From Methanotrichaceae archaeon (lineage in GTDB: Archaea; Halobacteriota; Methanosarcinia; Methanotrichales; Methanotrichaceae), in contig CAWDLW010000008.1 in the NCBI GenBank assembly GCA_963803145.1, positions 160,001 through 224,000 of the forward strand: a stretch of DNA of 64,000 nt. Reading direction: 5' to 3'. This document shows positions 59,851 through 64,000 of the stretch, piece by piece. Position 1 is the stretch's first letter. Each line of letters starts with the position of its first letter. The notes beneath the pieces were generated by a model. It worked only from the letters and a program-made list of their open reading frames with translations. It was not told the origin of the DNA and made no database searches. A program made the position numbers and the translations under genes.

Positions 59851-61902
59851 TTAGTCACTCCCTGCAATCTTACAGACAGAGACTTTGAATTCAGGGATTC
59901 TCGACTCTGCATCCCTAGAATCCGTGGTCAGGATATTCGTTCCAGGGAAATGGAATGGCATGAAGACGACACCGCGCTTCACACGATCTGTGATACGAGC
60001 CATAGCCGTAGTTTCACCCCGAGGCGTAGTAATTACCACCTCATTCCCATCCGCTATCTTCAGCTTCGACGCATCTGCGGTGTTAATCTCCACAAACAAA
60101 TCAGGTTCGCGTTCAATCAGCGATGGGCTCCTGCGGGTCATTGAGCCGGCATTATGATGCACTACGACACGTCCAGTCGTCAAAATAAACGGATACTCCC
60201 ATCCGGGTTCCTCTGAGGGCGACCTGTACTGCACAGGGACTATAGCAGCTTTACCTCCAGGCAGCTTAAAGCCCTGTGAGTGCAATATCGGCGTCCCCGG
60301 ATGATCCGAGCTCGGGCATGGCCAGACCAGGCCATGTGAGCTCAGTTGTTCTGAGTTCAGCCGTTCATGAGTGATGCCTCCATAGGCTGGCACTAGCCTA
60401 TTGATCTCCGCCGTAACAGATGCCGCATCTGGATAGTTGAACTCAAGGCCAAGCCTTCGAGCAACATCACAGATGATATCCAAATCGGATCTTGCCTCAC
60501 CAGGAGGCTCAAGAGCCTTGTTGCTCCACTGAACGCGCCTCTCAGTAGATGTGTAGGTGCCTTCCTTCTCAGCCCAAACCGATGCCGGAAGAACGATATC
60601 CGCCAGCTGAGCCGTGGCCGTCATGAATATGTCCTGTACAGCTAGAAAGTCGAGGTTTTCCAGAGCATCTCTTGTATGGCTGCTTCTGGGATCGGAGTTT
60701 GCGGGGTCCTCTCCCACGATATACATAGCCTTGATCTCGCCATTGCCGGCTGCATCGATCATCTCAGTAGCTGTGAGTCCGCGGCCAATAGGAATGCCGC
60801 TAACTCCCCATGCTTTCTCGAAGAATTTTGCTGTTTCAGGATCATCGGCCTTTCTGTAGCCCGGATAAAACTCCGCAAGAGCACCCATATCGCATGCGCC
60901 CTGCACATTGTTCTGGCCTCTCAGGGGCATTATGCCTGTTCCGGGTCGTCCGAGGTGGCCTGTAATCAGCGCCAGATTGGCGATGGCCTGAACGTTATCT
61001 GTTCCTGTAGTATGCTGTGTGATTCCCATTGAGTAAACTATGGCTGAGGCCGGAGAGATTGCATATGCACGGGCAGCGCGAATTATATCGTCTGCCGGGA
61101 TTCCAGTTATCGCTCCCGCCTTTTCAGGCGTATAATCGGAAACAGCTCCTCCCAGCTTCTCATATCCCGTCGTCCACTTAGCTATGTACTCATTATCGGT
61201 TAGCCCTTCATTTATGATCACATTTGCAATGCCGTTTAACAGGGCTACATCAGTGCCAGGCTTTATCTGCAGGAAAATATCGGCCAGCCAGGCTGTATGA
61301 GTCATCCTCGGGTCGGCTACTATTACCACAGCGCCTGCATCTTTGGCCCTGTGAATCCAGCGGGAGAGGACAGGATGATTCTCGGCTAAGTTCGAGCCAA
61401 TGATGAAAATGCATTTTGAGTTTGCGAGGTCTGAGATAGGGTTCGTCATGCCAGCCGCACCAAGCGTCCTATTCAAGCCCACAACGGACGGCGCATGACA
61501 TAGGCGCGCACAGTTATCGATATTGGGTGTACCAAAGCACCTGGCCATTTTCTCGACCAGGTAGTTCTCTTCGTTGGTACATTTTGAAGAGGATAAGAAC
61601 CCCACACTTCCAGGTCCATATTCCTTTATGGTTCCTGCAAGGCTCTTTGCAACTCTATCAAGGGCTTCATCCCAGGATATTCTGGCCCAGCCATCACCCT
61701 TTCGCTTTAGAGGATGTCGTAGCCTATCCTCATGGTAAAGGATCTCCAGGGCGGCGTTCCCTTTGGGGCATAAAGCACCCTCACTTGCCGGGTGCTCAAG
61801 CATGTATTCGATCCCCGTAGCTTTTTCCTTTTCCACTGTAATATAAAATCCACAGCCTGCAGCGCAATACGGACAGATCGTTGGAACAAGCATTTTTGGC
61901 AT
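59851..61902 (-). CDS. fdhA: formate dehydrogenase alpha-like molybdopterin oxidoreductase (Cys form)
   Basis: CPYCAAGC, CPKG, CARLCHAPS, RGQNNVQG, EKEGT...ERR. Confidence 0.9.
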   Translation of the reverse strand: MPKMLVPTICPYCAAGCGFYITVEKEKATGIEYMLEHPASEGALCPKGNAALEILYHEDRLRHPLKRKGDGWARISWDEALDRVAKSLAGTIKEYGPGSVGFLSSSKCTNEENYLVEKMARCFGTPNIDNCARLCHAPSVVGLNRTLGAAGMTNPISDLANSKCIFIIGSNLAENHPVLSRWIHRAKDAGAVVIVADPRMTHTAWLADIFLQIKPGTDVALLNGIANVIINEGLTDNEYIAKWTTGYEKLGGAVSDYTPEKAGAITGIPADDIIRAARAYAISPASAIVYSMGITQHTTGTDNVQAIANLALITGHLGRPGTGIMPLRGQNNVQGACDMGALAEFYPGYRKADDPETAKFFEKAWGVSGIPIGRGLTATEMIDAAGNGEIKAMYIVGEDPANSDPRSSHTRDALENLDFLAVQDIFMTATAQLADIVLPASVWAEKEGTYTSTERRVQWSNKALEPPGEARSDLDIICDVARRLGLEFNYPDAASVTAEINRLVPAYGGITHERLNSEQLSSHGLVWPCPSSDHPGTPILHSQGFKLPGGKAAIVPVQYRSPSEEPGWEYPFILTTGRVVVHHNAGSMTRRSPSLIEREPDLFVEINTADASKLKIADGNEVVITTPRGETTAMARITDRVKRGVVFMPFHFPGTNILTTDSRDAESRIPEFKVSVCKIAGSD

Positions 61903-61974
61903 CTTTATCCCTAACAGTTTGTTATCTCACAGCATTTTAGTTTCAAGATGCATTTCCTTTTCGGAGAGATTTCA

Positions 61975-62781
61975 TTAAGCGTAAAGCTTACCATAAGGCC
62001 TCTTTGACTTTGGAGTCAACCTGATGAAATTCTCTTTGAGAATTTGATCTTTCCTCAAATGAAGACTTGGGAAGCGTTCGACAAACTCTGAGACGTAACC
62101 TTCCACAACGTCTCTATCGATGTCATTTAGCTGCGATATCTCCACCTGGGCGCCAACCTGGGTTTTATCTACGGATCCTCGCAGATAGATCACGCCCCCG
62201 TGCATTCCAGTGCCTATGAAGTTGGCCTTATGCGGGCGTCCTTCGAGTCCCAGAAGGATCACTATGCCGCCAGCCATATATTCTCCGAGGAAATCCTGGG
62301 AAGTGCCTCCTATCACGACTACAGGCCTCTTCTCTTCATACTCCTTCATATGCAGAGCAGTCCTGTAGCCCACATTGTCTCGGACGAAGATCTTGCCGCC
62401 TCGCATACTGAACCCGAGTACATCCCCTGCCCGTCCCTCAACAGTGATATCTCCTGCATCCATAGTATTCCCAACGCCGTCCTGAGCATTGCCGTGAACT
62501 ACCAGGCTGTGGCCGTAAAGGAATGCTCCCAGATCGTTCCCAGGGGTTCCGAAGATCTCAATATCCATAATCTTTCGCTCTGGAGAGTACAGTCGTGTGC
62601 CGATGTACCTCTGTCCGCACACATTTCTTAAAACGACCTTCTTCACGCCCGAGAGCATGAGATCCCTGAGTCTATCATTGAGCTCTTTTGTAGCGAGTCC
62701 AGCGGCATCGATCTCCGCAGACTCCATTCCTTCGGCCTCATTCCGAGGCTTTGATCCTGTTGCCACTTCCGCCCTCGCCAT
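61975..62781 (-). CDS. glutamate synthase GXGXG-domain subunit (GltB3-like)
   Basis: GQRYIG, GTPGNDLGAF, GNAQDGVGNTM, GEYMAGG. Confidence 0.9.
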   Translation of the reverse strand: MARAEVATGSKPRNEAEGMESAEIDAAGLATKELNDRLRDLMLSGVKKVVLRNVCGQRYIGTRLYSPERKIMDIEIFGTPGNDLGAFLYGHSLVVHGNAQDGVGNTMDAGDITVEGRAGDVLGFSMRGGKIFVRDNVGYRTALHMKEYEEKRPVVVIGGTSQDFLGEYMAGGIVILLGLEGRPHKANFIGTGMHGGVIYLRGSVDKTQVGAQVEISQLNDIDRDVVEGYVSEFVERFPSLHLRKDQILKENFIRLTPKSKRPYGKLYA

Positions 62782-62787
62782 CTTGGT

Positions 62788-64000
62788 TCACTCTCCAGCG
62801 CCCTTTATGCCGAGGACATCCAGCTCCCACTCGTGTAGGCCAATGCCCCTAAGATGATCGCGGTTTCCTCGCAAGCTTTCAAGAGCATTGATTCCCATGC
62901 CGCCAAGCATCTCCTGGATCTCATGAGACCATGCATTCAGCAGGTTGGACAGCCTTTGAGCAGCGATTTCGGTATTCAGCCTTCCTGACAGGCGCGGGTC
63001 CTGTGTGCATATGCCCCAATTGCACTTTCCTGTATAGCACTTTTGGCAGAGGTTGCAGCCCATTGCGATTAGCGCAGCCGTGCCTATATAAACAGCATCA
63101 GCACCCAAGGCTATAGCCTTAATTACATCGGCGCTGCATCTTATTCCACCTGCTGCAACTATAGAGCATCTATTCCGTATCCCTTCGCTTTTCAGGCGGC
63201 GATCTAATGAAGAGATGGCGAGCTCAATGGGTATTCCTACATTATCCCTTATAGCCTTTGGAGCGGCACCGGTTCCGCCTCGTAGACCATCGATAGCTAT
63301 AATATCAGCACCCGCACGGGCAATACCCGAACCTATTGCCGCGAAATTATGTACTGCAGCAATCTTTACTGAGACTGGCTTCTCATAGTTCGTGGCCTCC
63401 TTCAGGGCATGGATGAGCATCGATAGATCTTCAATTGAATATATATCATGGTGAGGCGCCGGCGAGATTGCATCTGTTCCGGCAGGGATCATTCTCGTAG
63501 CTGCGACCATTGGCGAGACCTTTTCGCCTGGCAGATGGCCTCCGATTCCAGGCTTTGCCCCCTGGCCAACTTTGATCTCTACTGCAGAAGCACAGTTCAG
63601 GTACTCTGCATCTATTCCAAAGCGGCCCGATGCTACCTGGACTATTGCGCAGCGGCCAAACAGCTCCCTCATCTCCTTCGGCAGGCCGCCCTCGCCTGTG
63701 TTGAAGAACGTTCCAGAGTTGCAGGCCGCGGTGGCTAAAGCCTTGAATGCATTTAGACTGATGGCTCCGTAGGACATAGCCGAAAATAGGATCGGTGTCT
63801 CAATCATCAGATTAGGTCCAATATTGGTTTCAATCTTGACATCGCCATCCGCTGTGTTTATGCTCATGAGATCGGGCTTAGATCCTAGGAATGTTCTAAG
63901 CTCCATTGGCTCTCTAAGTGGATCGATGGAAGGGTTGGTTACCTGTGATGCGTTTAGCACAATGTGATCCCAATAGATCCTGAACGGCTTATCGTTACCG
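62788..64000 (-). CDS. glutamate synthase FMN-binding subunit (GltB2-like), 5' end outside the window
   Basis: AMSYGAIS, NTGEGG, QVASGRFG, GQGAKPGIGGHLPG.KV, CNLCQKC 3Fe-4S motif; frame open to the window edge. Confidence 0.93.
   Translation of the reverse strand, partial: GNDKPFRIYWDHIVLNASQVTNPSIDPLREPMELRTFLGSKPDLMSINTADGDVKIETNIGPNLMIETPILFSAMSYGAISLNAFKALATAACNSGTFFNTGEGGLPKEMRELFGRCAIVQVASGRFGIDAEYLNCASAVEIKVGQGAKPGIGGHLPGEKVSPMVAATRMIPAGTDAISPAPHHDIYSIEDLSMLIHALKEATNYEKPVSVKIAAVHNFAAIGSGIARAGADIIAIDGLRGGTGAAPKAIRDNVGIPIELAISSLDRRLKSEGIRNRCSIVAAGGIRCSADVIKAIALGADAVYIGTAALIAMGCNLCQKCYTGKCNWGICTQDPRLSGRLNTEIAAQRLSNLLNAWSHEIQEMLGGMGINALESLRGNRDHLRGIGLHEWELDVLGIKGAGE

Noticed and set aside
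59851-61902. Selenocysteine or pyrrolysine recoding in FdhA
   Set aside because: The active site is Cys (CARLCH) and the ORF is uninterrupted

Overview
Archaeal methanogen DNA, most consistent with Methanothrix/Methanotrichaceae. This is inferred from gene content: methanogenesis marker 16, aTrm56, CDC48, PAC2, archaeal RecJ-like protein, split glutamate synthase and many small secreted proteins. From left to right the window holds: a CheB-CheR-PAS / hybrid kinase pair; two divergent wHTH genes; housekeeping genes and an ADP-forming acetate-CoA ligase; a stress islet (DUF1328, a LigD phosphoesterase split by an IS1634-like element with clear TIRs and a 6-bp TSD, and five tandem KGG/GsiB/Em-like hydrophilin genes); a CoA-transferase-GNAT fusion and a truncated paralog that flank two large secreted proteins; a K+ channel and an RlmJ-like methyltransferase; a metal-homeostasis region of about 11 kb (putative Mn transporter, variant CbiMNQO, two DtxR regulators with visible operator palindromes, FeoB) that contains two paralogous secreted poly-CxxC proteins; CDC48; a haloperoxidase/PAP2 protein; a decayed toxin-antitoxin hotspot around a degenerate MCM-like gene; further housekeeping genes; and an operon of glutamate synthase, FdhA-like and ferredoxin genes that runs off the right edge. 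The best candidates for undescribed biology are the secreted tandem-CxxC proteins in the DtxR/Feo/ECF region, the apparently catalytically dead MCM-like protein in the TA hotspot, and the hydrophilin array. I saw no tRNA, rRNA or CRISPR array. All family calls come from motif recognition by eye; no database search was run.
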